DNA from: Candidatus Goldiibacteriota bacterium
GTDB lineage: Bacteria > Oederibacteriota > PGYV01 > DYJU01
DNA: 64,000 nt
Direction: 5' to 3'
Assembly (NCBI GenBank): GCA_938034975.1
Contig: CALHNI010000017.1
Span: 5,130 to 69,129 of the forward strand
This document shows, one piece after another, positions 9,731-20,378 of this stretch. A model generated the notes under the pieces. It was not told the DNA's origin, made no database searches, and was given only the letters and a program-made list of their open reading frames with translations. How positions within the stretch are numbered: position 1 is the stretch's first letter; every line of letters starts with the position of its first letter. The position numbers were made by a program, and so were the translations under genes.

Positions 9731-11109
9731 AAAAGATTATTTTAGTGTTAATGCAGATTATTTTTATTAATACTATTTATGCTTCTTCCGGGACAACATC
9801 GGTTTTTGATATTGGATTGTGTGTTAGGGCACAAACATTAGGCGGAGCTTTTGTTGCTGGTGAAAATGATACCTCCTATGTTTTTTACAATCCTGCCTGC
9901 CTTTATACACTTGATAAAATTGAATTACAGGGAGCATATATACCTTTACTTTTGGATACAAAGTTTAATTATATGGCATTGGGTTTCCCAACAATTGATT
10001 TTGGTGTTTTAGGTATATCTTTATCCAGAATAACAACAGAAAATATCTTAATGCGCGATTTAAATGGTATAGAAACAGGGAGAGAGACTCATGAGTTAAC
10101 AGAGATAATAGCCGGATGGGGAAAAAATTTCTTTATAAATAATTTTTCAGCAGGTTTTAGTATAAAAATTGATAATCAAAAGTTTGGGAGTTTAAACGAT
10201 ACTGCATTTGGTATGAACATTGGTTTTTTTTATAATTTATTAAGCGATACGGACAATAAATTAAATCTGGGTTTAAATATTAAAAATATTATTCAACCCG
10301 ATGTAAAGATGCTTTCCAGGAGTGATAAATTACCTAGGCAGTTTGTGGCCGGAATAAATTATGAAAGAAAAATATTTAATAATATAAAAGCAGGACTTTT
10401 TATTGATGCTTCTTTTTCAAAAGATACTGATTTTGAACACAATGAAGGAGTAGAGTTAAATTTTTTTAATGTGTTTTTTTTAAGAGCGGGCAATAATTCG
10501 TTTAATATTTTATCAGGAGGACTCGGTATAAATATTTTAAATATGTTTTATGCTGATTATGGAGTATTTTTTCTTGATTTTGAAACACAACACAGATTTT
10601 CATTTAAAATAAAAATAGGCGAGGATTTTTTTTCTTTGCGTAACCAAAAAGAAAAAATGGAAATGGAAAAAGTTGAAAGAAAAGCAAAAGAGATTGCAGC
10701 AAAAGAACTGGAACAGATGAAAAAACAAATGGAACAAATTAAAAAAAGAGAAGTAAAAGATGAATACTTTAAAGCGTTACATTATACCAATGGATTAGAA
10801 GCGTATAATCAGGGAGATTTAAAACTTGCGGATATTGAGTTTCAGACAGTATATAAATTAGATTCTGATTATTTAAATATAAAGTATTATATTGACCTTA
10901 TAAATAATTTAAGAAAAGATAAGATGGAAACTTATGATGCAAATATAATAAAATTATATCAGCAGGGAGTTGAAAAATATCTTGCCGGTGATTATGAAGG
11001 TGCTAAAAAAGAATGGAATAAAATTTTAAAAATAGATCCATATAATAAACTCGCAATTGATAATATTAAAGAAGTCAATGAAATTTTGAGAAGTATGCAA
11101 AGGGAATAA
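9727..11109 (+). CDS. Putative outer-membrane beta-barrel protein (PorQ/PorV/UPF0164-like N-domain) fused to coiled-coil + TPR C-terminus
   Basis: 460 aa with a signal peptide. N-terminal motif RAQTLGGAFVAGENDTSYVFYNPACL resembles the G-A-x-ALGGA...NPAGL signature of PorQ/PorV-type barrels. C-terminus has a KE-rich coiled coil followed by TPR-like YFKALHY...GDYEGAKKEWNKILKIDPYN. Confidence 0.55.
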   Translation: MKKIILVLMQIIFINTIYASSGTTSVFDIGLCVRAQTLGGAFVAGENDTSYVFYNPACLYTLDKIELQGAYIPLLLDTKFNYMALGFPTIDFGVLGISLSRITTENILMRDLNGIETGRETHELTEIIAGWGKNFFINNFSAGFSIKIDNQKFGSLNDTAFGMNIGFFYNLLSDTDNKLNLGLNIKNIIQPDVKMLSRSDKLPRQFVAGINYERKIFNNIKAGLFIDASFSKDTDFEHNEGVELNFFNVFFLRAGNNSFNILSGGLGINILNMFYADYGVFFLDFETQHRFSFKIKIGEDFFSLRNQKEKMEMEKVERKAKEIAAKELEQMKKQMEQIKKREVKDEYFKALHYTNGLEAYNQGDLKLADIEFQTVYKLDSDYLNIKYYIDLINNLRKDKMETYDANIIKLYQQGVEKYLAGDYEGAKKEWNKILKIDPYNKLAIDNIKEVNEILRSMQRE

Positions 11110-11114
11110 ATTTT

Positions 11115-13424
11115 ATGTTTTCAAATAAAATTATAACCCAATATAAATTTGTTTACCCCGCCAAAATAATCTATTTGGAAGAAATAAAACAGAAATTCAC
11201 TCAAATATGCAGGGAAAATAATTTTTCATACAAGGATTTAAATAACATAATCATCGTTATTGATGAGGCATGTGCAAACATAATTAAACATGCATATGTT
11301 GAAAAAGAAGGTGATATGGAATTTGAAGTAACAATAAGTAAAAAGGGTATGCATATTGTTATAATTGACCATGGGAAAAGTTTTAACTGGCATGCGTTTA
11401 AAACTCCGGATTTAAATCAATATGTTAACATGGGAAAAAAAGGTGGACTTGGGCTTTGGATAATAAGGAAATTAACTGATAAAAGTGATTATAAAATAAC
11501 AGAAAGGGGGAATGAACTTCATCTCGTTAAATATTATACAAGACCGTCAATTCAACAAAAGATTGCATCTTTTCTTATTTCAAAGGGTATTAAGGAAAAA
11601 TTTATTATTGGAACATCAATTTTCATTTTCTTTCTTATACTTGGAATTTATATATATTTTATCAGACATGAAAGAATGAGTTTAAAAGAAAAATTTATTT
11701 CATACAATATTGACCTGATAAAAGGTATAGCTGGAAGCAGTGCGGATAAATTAATAAAAAGAAATTATCTTGGTTTGATAAAATTGTTAAATCAAATTAT
11801 TGAAAATAATACAGGGATGAATGAAATTTTTATCTTAAATAAAAATAACATAATTGTTGCTCACAATAATCCTGGGGAACTTTATAAAAAATATAAAAGA
11901 GATTTAAAAGTATTATCTGGTCATAAAAAAAATAATGTAAATATTTTGAAGTTAAAAAAAGATAAAAAATATATATATGATATTTTTGGCGATATTGATT
12001 TTAATAATGAAAAAATAGGAGAAATTCATATCATCATAGGTAAGGAGAAAATAGATAAGATAATGTCGGGACAGAAATTAAATATAATTTTAATGACCTG
12101 TATATTATTAGCAATATGTGTAATTGGAATATATTTCCTTTTGACTATGATAATAAAACCGCTTGAAACCTTAAGGCAGGGGGTTATAGCAATTGGGGAA
12201 GGTAGATTGGAACATAGAATAGAAATAGAAGGAGAAGATGAGTTTTCACAAATTGCAAAAGCATTCAATGAAATGGCATCAAAATTCAAAGGTGTCCAGC
12301 AATCACTTTTGGAACAGGAAAAACTTCAAAGAGAAATACAGGTTGCAAAAGAAATTCAGCAAACTTTGCTTCCTAAAAATATACCAAAAGCAGAAGGTTT
12401 TGATATATCCTCCCTTTATAGGTCGGCAAAAGAAGTTGGTGGTGATTATTATGATATATTCAGCGTAGGTAAAAATTTAATAGGTGTTATAGTTGCGGAT
12501 GTTTCCGGGAAAGGCGTGCCTGGTTCTTTAGTGATGACTATAGCCCGCACATCAGTAAGATTAATTGCCCAGGAAAATAAATCAGCCAAAAATGTACTTG
12601 TTAAAGTAAATGATTTTATAAAAGAAGATATGAAAAAAGGCATGTTTGTCACTGCGTTTTATCTTGTTTTGGATTCTTTTACACGGACCATAAATTTTGC
12701 AAGTGCAGGCCATGATCCGCTTATACTTTACAGAGCAAAAGAAAATAAAGTTTATTACATAAAGCCAAAAGGATTTCCGCTTGGAATAAATTTGCCTGAT
12801 GATGAATTATTCAGGAAAGTTATGGTAGAAGAAAAGGTTAAACTTGAAAAAGATGATATGCTTATAGTATATACTGATGGTGTTACAGAAGCAATGAATG
12901 GAAAAAGAGAATTATTTACCGAAAAGCGTTTTGTTGACTTTATAAAGACAAATGGTAAATTATCACCTGCAGAATTCATTGATAAACTTGATAATGAAAT
13001 AAAAGAATTTACTCAGGGATACCCGCAAAACGATGATATCACAGTTGTGGTTATCAAAGAGAAAAAAACAGATTCTTCAGTTTTAAGAAAGATTGGAAAT
13101 AAAATAAAAAAATTAAAACAAAAGAGAATGAAGATAAAGGATATAGAAAAAGTTCTCGGAATTAATATAGATATTTTTAAACAAATAAAAAAAGAAAAGA
13201 AAAATAGAATAAAAACTCAAATAAGATTTTTAACATTTGAACAGAAAAAGGAACTTATGAATTTAATAATTCAATATCCCGATTGGAGCATTGTAAAATA
13301 CGCAGAAGCGTTATCCGGGAAATATAATGTAGAAATAAATGAAAAATCAATAAAAAATGAATTAAAAAGAGTAAATTTGTTAACAAAAGAAAACAGGATA
13401 AAATATTCAAATGAAAGGAAATAA
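11115..13424 (+). CDS. Multidomain signalling protein: RsbW/SpoIIAB-like Ser kinase (HATPase_c_2) - TM - sensor - TM - HAMP - PP2C/SpoIIE phosphatase - C-terminal HTH-like domain
   Basis: 769 aa. Kinase motifs VIDEACANIIKHAY, DHGKSF and GGLGLWII. Two TM helices. HAMP segment PLETLRQGVIAIGEGRLEHRIEIEGEDEFSQIAKAFNEM. SpoIIE motifs AKEIQQTLLP, GGDYYDIF, VADVSGKGVPGS and NDDITVVVIK. The tail LTFEQKKELMNLIIQYPDWSIVKYAEALSGKYNVEINEKSIKNELKR resembles an IS630/Psq-type HTH. Confidence 0.85.
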   Translation: MFSNKIITQYKFVYPAKIIYLEEIKQKFTQICRENNFSYKDLNNIIIVIDEACANIIKHAYVEKEGDMEFEVTISKKGMHIVIIDHGKSFNWHAFKTPDLNQYVNMGKKGGLGLWIIRKLTDKSDYKITERGNELHLVKYYTRPSIQQKIASFLISKGIKEKFIIGTSIFIFFLILGIYIYFIRHERMSLKEKFISYNIDLIKGIAGSSADKLIKRNYLGLIKLLNQIIENNTGMNEIFILNKNNIIVAHNNPGELYKKYKRDLKVLSGHKKNNVNILKLKKDKKYIYDIFGDIDFNNEKIGEIHIIIGKEKIDKIMSGQKLNIILMTCILLAICVIGIYFLLTMIIKPLETLRQGVIAIGEGRLEHRIEIEGEDEFSQIAKAFNEMASKFKGVQQSLLEQEKLQREIQVAKEIQQTLLPKNIPKAEGFDISSLYRSAKEVGGDYYDIFSVGKNLIGVIVADVSGKGVPGSLVMTIARTSVRLIAQENKSAKNVLVKVNDFIKEDMKKGMFVTAFYLVLDSFTRTINFASAGHDPLILYRAKENKVYYIKPKGFPLGINLPDDELFRKVMVEEKVKLEKDDMLIVYTDGVTEAMNGKRELFTEKRFVDFIKTNGKLSPAEFIDKLDNEIKEFTQGYPQNDDITVVVIKEKKTDSSVLRKIGNKIKKLKQKRMKIKDIEKVLGINIDIFKQIKKEKKNRIKTQIRFLTFEQKKELMNLIIQYPDWSIVKYAEALSGKYNVEINEKSIKNELKRVNLLTKENRIKYSNERK

Positions 13425-13429
13425 ATAAA

Positions 13430-14689
13430 ATGTTAAAAAAATTTTTTTATAATAAAAATAACAAAGGTAAAATTTATGCAGTAATAGATAAGATGAATAA
13501 CTTTGATGTTAAGGTTTCAGATGATATTGTTAAGATAGTTGAAGACATAAAACTTAATGGTGATAAAGCAGTTAAAAAATATATTAAAAGGATTGATAAG
13601 GTTAATTTAAAAAATTTAAAAGTGACCAAAAAAGAAATATTAAATGCTTATAAAAAAATTGATAAAAAAATATTACCAGCAATTAAAACCTCAATAGAAA
13701 ATGTAAAAAAATTTCATCAGATGCAGATAAAAAATTTAAAAGGATATGTTTATAAAAATTATGAATATAAAATAATTCAGAAATATATACCACTTGATTC
13801 AGTCGGAGTTTATATTCCAGGGGGGCAGGCGCCTTTGTTTTCTACTGTTATAATGGCTTGCGTTCCTGCTATAATTGCAAAAGTTGGTAATATTATTATA
13901 ACTTCGCCACCAACTTTTAATAAAGGTATAAATCCGTATATTTTGGTTACAGCGGATATACTTGGTATTAATGATATTTATAAAATTGGCGGTGCTGTAG
14001 CAATAGCTGCTTTAACTTATGGAACAAAAACAGTTCCAAAAGTTGAAAAAATAGTTGGACCCGGGAATATATATACCACGATGGCTAAAAAATATGTCTT
14101 TGGTGAAGTTGGTATTGATGGTTTAAATGGTCCATCGGAAATTACCATATTGGCAGATGAGAGTGCAAATCCTAATTTTATACTTCTTGACCTTCTAGCC
14201 CAGGCAGAACATATAAATGGACATGCTTTATTTATAACGACATCTTTAAAAACAGCAGATTTTGTTGCTGATTATTTTAAGATGAATAATATAAAATATA
14301 ATATATCAATAATAATCATTGAAAATTTAAAACAGGGAATTGAATTGATTAATTACAAAGCGCCAGAACACCTTGAAATCATAGTGAAAAATCCGCAAAA
14401 AATAATTCCGCTTATAAAAAATGCACCTGCTATTTTTACAGGTAATTATTCTGCTGTTGCTTTTGGGGATTATATGGCAGGGGCTAACCATATATTACCA
14501 ACTAACGGAACAGCTAAATTTTCTTCGGCTCTTTCGGTTTTTGATTTTATAAAGCATACCCACATTGTATCTTGCAATAAAAAAGGTATTCAAAGATACG
14601 GGGAGAAGGTAGAGGCACTTGCCGAAAAAGAAGGACTTTTATATCATAAACTGAGTATTAAATGCAGGAGAACTTTAAAATGGAAATAA
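13430..14689 (+). CDS. hisD: Histidinol dehydrogenase
   Basis: 419 aa. Motifs VGPGNIYTT, AQAEH, PEHLEI and GDYMAGANHILPTNGTA. Confidence 0.95.
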   Translation: MLKKFFYNKNNKGKIYAVIDKMNNFDVKVSDDIVKIVEDIKLNGDKAVKKYIKRIDKVNLKNLKVTKKEILNAYKKIDKKILPAIKTSIENVKKFHQMQIKNLKGYVYKNYEYKIIQKYIPLDSVGVYIPGGQAPLFSTVIMACVPAIIAKVGNIIITSPPTFNKGINPYILVTADILGINDIYKIGGAVAIAALTYGTKTVPKVEKIVGPGNIYTTMAKKYVFGEVGIDGLNGPSEITILADESANPNFILLDLLAQAEHINGHALFITTSLKTADFVADYFKMNNIKYNISIIIIENLKQGIELINYKAPEHLEIIVKNPQKIIPLIKNAPAIFTGNYSAVAFGDYMAGANHILPTNGTAKFSSALSVFDFIKHTHIVSCNKKGIQRYGEKVEALAEKEGLLYHKLSIKCRRTLKWK

Positions 14690-15729
14690 TTGAACAAAAA
14701 ATAAAAAGATGTATAAAAGATTTTAAAAGTTATACACCTGTTTTATTTAACGGAAAATATAAACTTGATGCAAATGAAAATTCATATGAAATACCTGTAT
14801 TTATCAAAAAAAAAATATTAAGAAAAATTTTAAATATCCCTTTGAACAGATATCCAGACCCGGAAACAAAAGAACTAAAAAGAATTTTATCTAAAAAATT
14901 AAAAGTAAACAAAGATATGATATTTTTAGGGAATGGTTCTGATGAAATTATTTTTTATCTTTCCCAAACCTTTCTTGAAAAGGGTGATACCGTGATAATC
15001 CCAGTTCCAACTTTTGAAATGTATAAAATTATTTCAAAAATAAATGATGCAAAAGTGATTGAAATACCACTTACAAAAAATTTTGACCTTGATGATAAAA
15101 ATATAATAAAATATGCCAAAATAACAAAAGCAAAATTTATTTTCATTGCTTATCCGAACAATCCCACCGGAAATTGCTTTTCCAAAGATAAAATTATTAA
15201 TATCTTAAAAAACACAGATGCAATTGTTATAATTGATGAGGCATATTTTGAATTTTCCGGAAAGACCTTTATTAAATATTTGAAAAAATTTAAAAATTTG
15301 ATAATATTAAGAACATTTTCAAAAGCATTTTCAATTGCTGCATTAAGAGTAGGTTACATGATAGCAAATAAGGAAATTGTTAAAGTGGTAAATAAGGTTA
15401 AACTGCCGTATAATGTAAATTCTGTTTCGCAGTTGTTTGCAAAAGAGGTTCTTTTAAATGAAAGGTATTTAAAGCATAATATACAAAAAATAATTTTTGA
15501 ACGGGAGAAATTATTTGAAAAAATAAGTAAAAAATTTTTTGTTGTAAAAAGTGATTCTAATTTTTTATTTTTAAAAATTTTAGACAATAAAAAAGCAAAA
15601 AAAATTTTTAAAAAAAATAAAATATCAATAAGATTTTTTCAAAGTGGATATGCGAAAGATTTTATAAGAATAACAGTTGGAAAAAACAAAGAAAATAAAC
15701 TGGTCCTTGATATATTAAATAAATTATGA
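14662..15729 (+). CDS. hisC: Histidinol-phosphate aminotransferase
   Basis: 355 aa. Motifs LDANENSY, YPDP and YPNNPTGN; PLP-Lys region RTFSKAFSIAALRVGY. The more likely start is ATG 14680 (MEIIEQ), with SD aggag 9 nt upstream. Confidence 0.93.
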   Translation: MQENFKMEIIEQKIKRCIKDFKSYTPVLFNGKYKLDANENSYEIPVFIKKKILRKILNIPLNRYPDPETKELKRILSKKLKVNKDMIFLGNGSDEIIFYLSQTFLEKGDTVIIPVPTFEMYKIISKINDAKVIEIPLTKNFDLDDKNIIKYAKITKAKFIFIAYPNNPTGNCFSKDKIINILKNTDAIVIIDEAYFEFSGKTFIKYLKKFKNLIILRTFSKAFSIAALRVGYMIANKEIVKVVNKVKLPYNVNSVSQLFAKEVLLNERYLKHNIQKIIFEREKLFEKISKKFFVVKSDSNFLFLKILDNKKAKKIFKKNKISIRFFQSGYAKDFIRITVGKNKENKLVLDILNKL

Positions 15730-15740
15730 GGTGACAAAAA

Positions 15741-16328
15741 TTGAATAACAAAAGATTTGCAAAAATAAAAAGAAAAACAAAAGAAACATGTATAACAGGT
15801 AAAATTTTTTTAGATGGGGAAGGCAATTTTAAAATAAAGACACCAATCCCTTTTTTAACTCATATGTTAGAGCAGTTTTCAAAACACAGCAGGATAGATA
15901 TAAAACTTGATGTGACAGGAGATATAGATGTTGATCTGCATCATACCGTTGAAGATACCGGTATTTCATTAGGACAGGCAATTTATGATGCTTTGCAGGA
16001 TAAAAAGGGAATAAACAGATTTGGTATGGCTTATGGCGTTCTTGATGAAGCGCTTTGCAGAGTTGTTTTGGATATATCAGGGCGAACTTATATCAGTTAT
16101 AATGTTGATTTTTTGAAAAAAACTAAAGGTGAATTTGATGTGGGTTTAATAGAAGAATTTTTAAATGGCTTCGTAAGAGGCGGTAAAATTACCTTGCATA
16201 TAGATAAAATAAAAGGTAAAAATAATCATCATATCATTGAATCTGTATTTAAAGGACTTGCTCTTGCTTTAAGACAGGCAATTTTAAAGGAAGGCAAAAA
16301 TTTACCAAGCACGAAAGGGAAGATATAA
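15741..16328 (+). CDS. hisB: Imidazoleglycerol-phosphate dehydratase (monofunctional, no HolPase domain)
   Basis: 195 aa with TTG start after SD gaggtg. Motifs DLHHTVEDTGI and GKNNHHIIESVFKG. Confidence 0.95.
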   Translation: MNNKRFAKIKRKTKETCITGKIFLDGEGNFKIKTPIPFLTHMLEQFSKHSRIDIKLDVTGDIDVDLHHTVEDTGISLGQAIYDALQDKKGINRFGMAYGVLDEALCRVVLDISGRTYISYNVDFLKKTKGEFDVGLIEEFLNGFVRGGKITLHIDKIKGKNNHHIIESVFKGLALALRQAILKEGKNLPSTKGKI

Positions 16329-16960
16329 TGAAAAATTTAGTAGTTATAAATTATGGAATGGGAAATTTGTTCAGCGTCTTTAAAGCAATAAGACATTTGA
16401 ATATACCAGTAAAAATTTCTGACAAAAAAAAGGATATTCAAAACGCGGCAGGGCTAATTTTGCCCGGGGTTGGTGCTTTTAAAGATGCTATGAATGAAAT
16501 TCATAAAAGAAAATTATTTAATATTATAAAAAATGAAGTTGAAAAAGGGAAACCCTTGCTTGGAATATGTCTTGGTTTTCAGTTATTATTTACAAAAAGT
16601 TATGAGTTTGGTATATGTTCTGGTTTTGATTTCATAAAAGGAAATGTGGTAAGATTTAGAAAAGAAAGGAAAGTTCCTCATATGGGCTGGAATTCAGTAA
16701 AGATTATAAATTTAAGAAACAGAATTTTAAAAGGAATAAAAAATGATACTTATTTTTATTTTGTTCATTCATATTATGTTGTTCCTCTTGAAAAAAAAGT
16801 TGTTCTTACAACTACCAAATATGGCAGAACAGAATTTGTTTCTGCTGTAGAAAAATTAAATATTTTTGGTGTCCAGTTTCATCCGGAAAAAAGCGGTGAA
16901 AATGCACTATTAATTTATAAAAATTTTTATGAAATTTCAATAAATAATAATAAAGGGTAA
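16328..16960 (+). CDS. hisH: Imidazole glycerol phosphate synthase, glutaminase subunit
   Basis: 210 aa. Class-I GATase nucleophile GICLGFQLL; VQFHPEKSG. Confidence 0.95.
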   Translation: MKNLVVINYGMGNLFSVFKAIRHLNIPVKISDKKKDIQNAAGLILPGVGAFKDAMNEIHKRKLFNIIKNEVEKGKPLLGICLGFQLLFTKSYEFGICSGFDFIKGNVVRFRKERKVPHMGWNSVKIINLRNRILKGIKNDTYFYFVHSYYVVPLEKKVVLTTTKYGRTEFVSAVEKLNIFGVQFHPEKSGENALLIYKNFYEISINNNKG

Positions 16961-16964
16961 AAAA

Positions 16965-17696
16965 ATGCAAATATTACCAGCGATTGATATAAGAAGAGGA
17001 AAATGTGTAAGGTTAATCCAGGGGGATGTGCGTGATGAGATAGTATATTCAAACGAGCCTTTACAAATGGCAAAATACTGGATTGGTAAAGGAGCAAGAT
17101 GGATACATGTTGTTGACATTGATGGTGCTTTAATTGGAAAACCTAAAAATATAGATGTCATAATTAAAATTATTAAATCCATAGATGCCAATGTTGAGGT
17201 TGGCGGAGGTATCAGAACAGAAACTGATATTAAAAGATATATTAGAGCAGGAGTAAAAAGAGTTATATTATCAACTTCTGCTATTCTTTCTGAAGAATTT
17301 TTGGATGATATGTTAAAAAAATACAAAGAAAAATTGGTAATTGCAGTAGATGTTAAAAATAATTATATTGCTATAAAAGGATGGAAGGATATGACAGAGA
17401 TTAAAATGCTTGATTTTATTCAAAAACTTGAAAAAAAAGATGTAAAAAGAATTATTTTTACTGATATAAAAAGAGATGGTGTTTTGAAAGGACCTAATTT
17501 TGCAAGTATAATGACAGTCCTTAAAAATACCAAAATGAAGGTTATAGTTTCTGGTGGTATAAGCAGAATGAAAAATATAAAAAAGTTATTAGAATATGAA
17601 AAAAAATATGAAAATTTGGAAGGAATCATAATTGGACAGGCATTATATAAAGGCACTCTTGATTTAAAAGAAGTAATTGAAATTGCGAAAGGATAA
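16965..17696 (+). CDS. hisA: ProFAR isomerase
   Basis: 243 aa. Motifs ILPAIDI, VGGGIR and GIIIGQALY. Confidence 0.93.
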   Translation: MQILPAIDIRRGKCVRLIQGDVRDEIVYSNEPLQMAKYWIGKGARWIHVVDIDGALIGKPKNIDVIIKIIKSIDANVEVGGGIRTETDIKRYIRAGVKRVILSTSAILSEEFLDDMLKKYKEKLVIAVDVKNNYIAIKGWKDMTEIKMLDFIQKLEKKDVKRIIFTDIKRDGVLKGPNFASIMTVLKNTKMKVIVSGGISRMKNIKKLLEYEKKYENLEGIIIGQALYKGTLDLKEVIEIAKG

Positions 17697-17702
17697 AAAG
17701 CG

Positions 17703-18461
17703 ATGCTTATAAAAAGGATTATTCCATGCCTTGATGTAAATAAAGGCAGGGTTGTAAAAGGGATTAATTTTTTAAATTTAAAAGATGCCGGAGATCCTGT
17801 TGAGGCAGCATTAAAATATAATAAAGCAGGTGCTGATGAGATTGTTTTTCTGGATATAACAGCGTCTTATGAAAAAAGAAAAACCATAGTTGATGTTGTT
17901 AAAAAAACTGCCGAATCCGTTTTTATTCCATTAACGGTTGGCGGTGGAATTAAATCAATAAAAGACATGGAACTTTTATTATTCAATGGTGCAGATAAAG
18001 TTTCAATAAATACCGCAGCTGTGAAAAATCCTTTTTTAATAAAAGAAGGAGCAAAAAGATTTGGGTCCCAGTGCATAGTCCTTGCAGTTGATGCCAAAAA
18101 GAAAGATAAAAACAAATGGGAAGTTTTTATATATGGCGGCAGAGAAAATACCCATATTGATGTTATTGAATGGATAAAAAAAGCAGAAGATTTAGGGGCA
18201 GGAGAAATACTTTTAACCAGTATGGATGCAGATGGGACCAAAGAAGGATATGATATAGAGTTAACTTTTAGAGTTTCAAAATCAGTTAAAGTTCCTGTTA
18301 TCGCTTCTGGTGGTGCGGGTAATCCGGAACATATGTATAAAGTTTTAAAGTATGGTTGTGCAGATGCTGTTTTAGCAGCTTCTATTTTTCATTATAAGGA
18401 GTATAGCATTAAAAAAGTAAAAGAATATTTAAAAAATAAAAAAATACCTGTAAGATTATAA
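17703..18461 (+). CDS. hisF: Imidazole glycerol phosphate synthase, cyclase subunit
   Basis: 252 aa. Motifs [30 protein letters not shown] and AASIFH. Confidence 0.96.
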   Translation: MLIKRIIPCLDVNKGRVVKGINFLNLKDAGDPVEAALKYNKAGADEIVFLDITASYEKRKTIVDVVKKTAESVFIPLTVGGGIKSIKDMELLLFNGADKVSINTAAVKNPFLIKEGAKRFGSQCIVLAVDAKKKDKNKWEVFIYGGRENTHIDVIEWIKKAEDLGAGEILLTSMDADGTKEGYDIELTFRVSKSVKVPVIASGGAGNPEHMYKVLKYGCADAVLAASIFHYKEYSIKKVKEYLKNKKIPVRL

Positions 18462-18480
18462 TTTAAAAAGGAGTTTTAAA

Positions 18481-18876
18481 ATGAAATTTAATATGAAAAA
18501 ATTAAAATTTGATGAAAAAGGATTAATTCCGGTAATTGCACAGGATTATAAAACAAATGAAGTTTTAATGGTGGCATATATGAATAAACAGGCACTTTCA
18601 AAAACAATTAAAACAAAAAAAGCTCATTATTATAGCAGGTCTAGAAATAAATTATGGTTAAAAGGTGAGCAATCAGGAAATATTCAAAAGGTAAAAGAAA
18701 TTTACATTGATTGTGACAATGATACATTGCTTATGAAAATTGAACAAAAAGGAGGCGCTGCATGTCACACAGGTTATAAAAGTTGTTTTTTTACTAAGAT
18801 TACAAAAAATGGGGAACTTAAAATTAAAGGTAAAAAAATTTTTGATCCTGATAAAGTATATAGTAAAAAAGAATAG
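18481..18876 (+). CDS. hisI: Phosphoribosyl-AMP cyclohydrolase (HisI domain only, no HisE)
   Basis: 131 aa. Motifs [25 protein letters not shown] and [13 protein letters not shown]. Confidence 0.93.
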   Translation: MKFNMKKLKFDEKGLIPVIAQDYKTNEVLMVAYMNKQALSKTIKTKKAHYYSRSRNKLWLKGEQSGNIQKVKEIYIDCDNDTLLMKIEQKGGAACHTGYKSCFFTKITKNGELKIKGKKIFDPDKVYSKKE

Positions 18877-20366
18877 TGGGGTCATTGATGAAATTCAAAG
18901 AATTTTTTAAATTGGCACGAAAATATAATATAATTCCTGTGTTTAAAGAAACAATTGCAGATTTAGAAACGCCGCTTTCTGCCTATATGAAAATAGATAA
19001 TCCTAAATATTCTTTCCTTTTAGAAAGTATAGAAGGTGGTGAAAAAATAGCAAGATATTCATTTCTTGGCAGAGAGCCATTTATGACATTTTTTTATAAA
19101 AAAGGAGAAGTTCATATAAATTCAAAAAAAGAAAATAAAATAATACAAACAAATGATCCGCTTGGAGTTTTGAAAGACATATTTTCCAAATATAAAGTTG
19201 CGCCTGTAAAAGGATTGCCGAGATTTCATGGCGGCGCTGTAGGGTATATTGGATATGATACTGTAAAGTTATATGAAAAAGTCCCTTCACTTTTAAAAAA
19301 AGACAATCTTGACTGGCCAGATATATTTTTTATGTTTACTGATATAATAATGATTTTTGACCATGTTTCCCATAAAATACAGGTTGTTTACAATATTTTG
19401 GTTGAGGAAAAAGAAAATAAAAATTCATTGTTAAAGAAATATTCATCAGCGGTAAATAAAATAGATTCTATAATAAAAGAATTAAATAGGGATATAAAAA
19501 TTAGACATTTAAAAAAAGATAGAAAAAAAATGAAGGTTATTCATTATATATCAAAACAAGCATTTGAAACAAATGTTAAAAAAACAGTTGAACTTATTAA
19601 AAATGGAGAAGCAATTCAGGTTGTTTTATCCCGGCGTTTTGAGGTGCCTTATGAAGGGGATCCGTTGAATATTTACAGGTGTTTACGTATTGTAAATCCA
19701 TCACCTTATATGCATTATTTAAGGTTGGATGACAAAGTGATAATCGGGGCTTCTCCTGAACTTATGGTGAGGGTTGAAAATGGTAAAATTGAATTAAGAC
19801 CAATTGCAGGAACCAGACCCAGGGGTAAAACAGAAGAAGAAGATAAAAAATTAGAAAACGAACTTTTAAACGACGAAAAGGAAAGAGCAGAACATATAAT
19901 GCTTGTTGATCTTGGGAGAAATGATATAGGAAGAGTTGCAGAAATTGGGAGTGTAAAAGTAAAAGATTTAATGAAAATTGAAAAATATTCACATGTTATG
20001 CATATTGTATCAGGAGTAGAAGGGCAGTTAAAAAATGGTAAGGATATTTTTGATGTATTAAAAAGCACATTTCCTGCTGGCACAGTAAGCGGGGCTCCAA
20101 AGGTAAGGGCAATGCAAATTATAGAAGAAATAGAAGAAATAAAAAGAGGCCCTTATGCAGGTTTAGTAGGCTATATTAGTTTTTCTAAAAATCTTGATAC
20201 CTGCATTTCAATAAGAACAATTTATTTTCATAAAGGTAAGGTTATTATCCAGGCAGGTGCTGGTATTGTTGCAGACTCAATACCAGAGAAAGAATATAAT
20301 GAAACACTTAATAAAGCAAAGGCATTGTTTAAAGCAATAGAACTTTCTAAAAAAACAGAATTTTAA
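18876..20366 (+). CDS. trpE: Anthranilate synthase component I
   Basis: 496 aa. Motifs [47 protein letters not shown] and [10 protein letters not shown]. Start may be ATG 18888 (MKFKEFF) rather than GTG 18876. Confidence 0.88.
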   Translation: MGSLMKFKEFFKLARKYNIIPVFKETIADLETPLSAYMKIDNPKYSFLLESIEGGEKIARYSFLGREPFMTFFYKKGEVHINSKKENKIIQTNDPLGVLKDIFSKYKVAPVKGLPRFHGGAVGYIGYDTVKLYEKVPSLLKKDNLDWPDIFFMFTDIIMIFDHVSHKIQVVYNILVEEKENKNSLLKKYSSAVNKIDSIIKELNRDIKIRHLKKDRKKMKVIHYISKQAFETNVKKTVELIKNGEAIQVVLSRRFEVPYEGDPLNIYRCLRIVNPSPYMHYLRLDDKVIIGASPELMVRVENGKIELRPIAGTRPRGKTEEEDKKLENELLNDEKERAEHIMLVDLGRNDIGRVAEIGSVKVKDLMKIEKYSHVMHIVSGVEGQLKNGKDIFDVLKSTFPAGTVSGAPKVRAMQIIEEIEEIKRGPYAGLVGYISFSKNLDTCISIRTIYFHKGKVIIQAGAGIVADSIPEKEYNETLNKAKALFKAIELSKKTEF

Positions 20367-20378
20367 GGAGTTAAAGTA

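Noticed and set aside
16937-17326. 129-aa minus-strand ORF, representative of many antisense ORFs (also 4722-5126, 17867-18241, 19715-20083, 29986-30384, 36632-36949, 59856-60386 and the many 60-100-aa ORFs inside the glycanase, secA and uvrA genes)
   Set aside because: Each lies entirely antisense or out of frame within a longer ORF that has strong family motifs. The translations are low-complexity (S/F/I/L-rich). These are typical shadow ORFs of an AT-rich genome.
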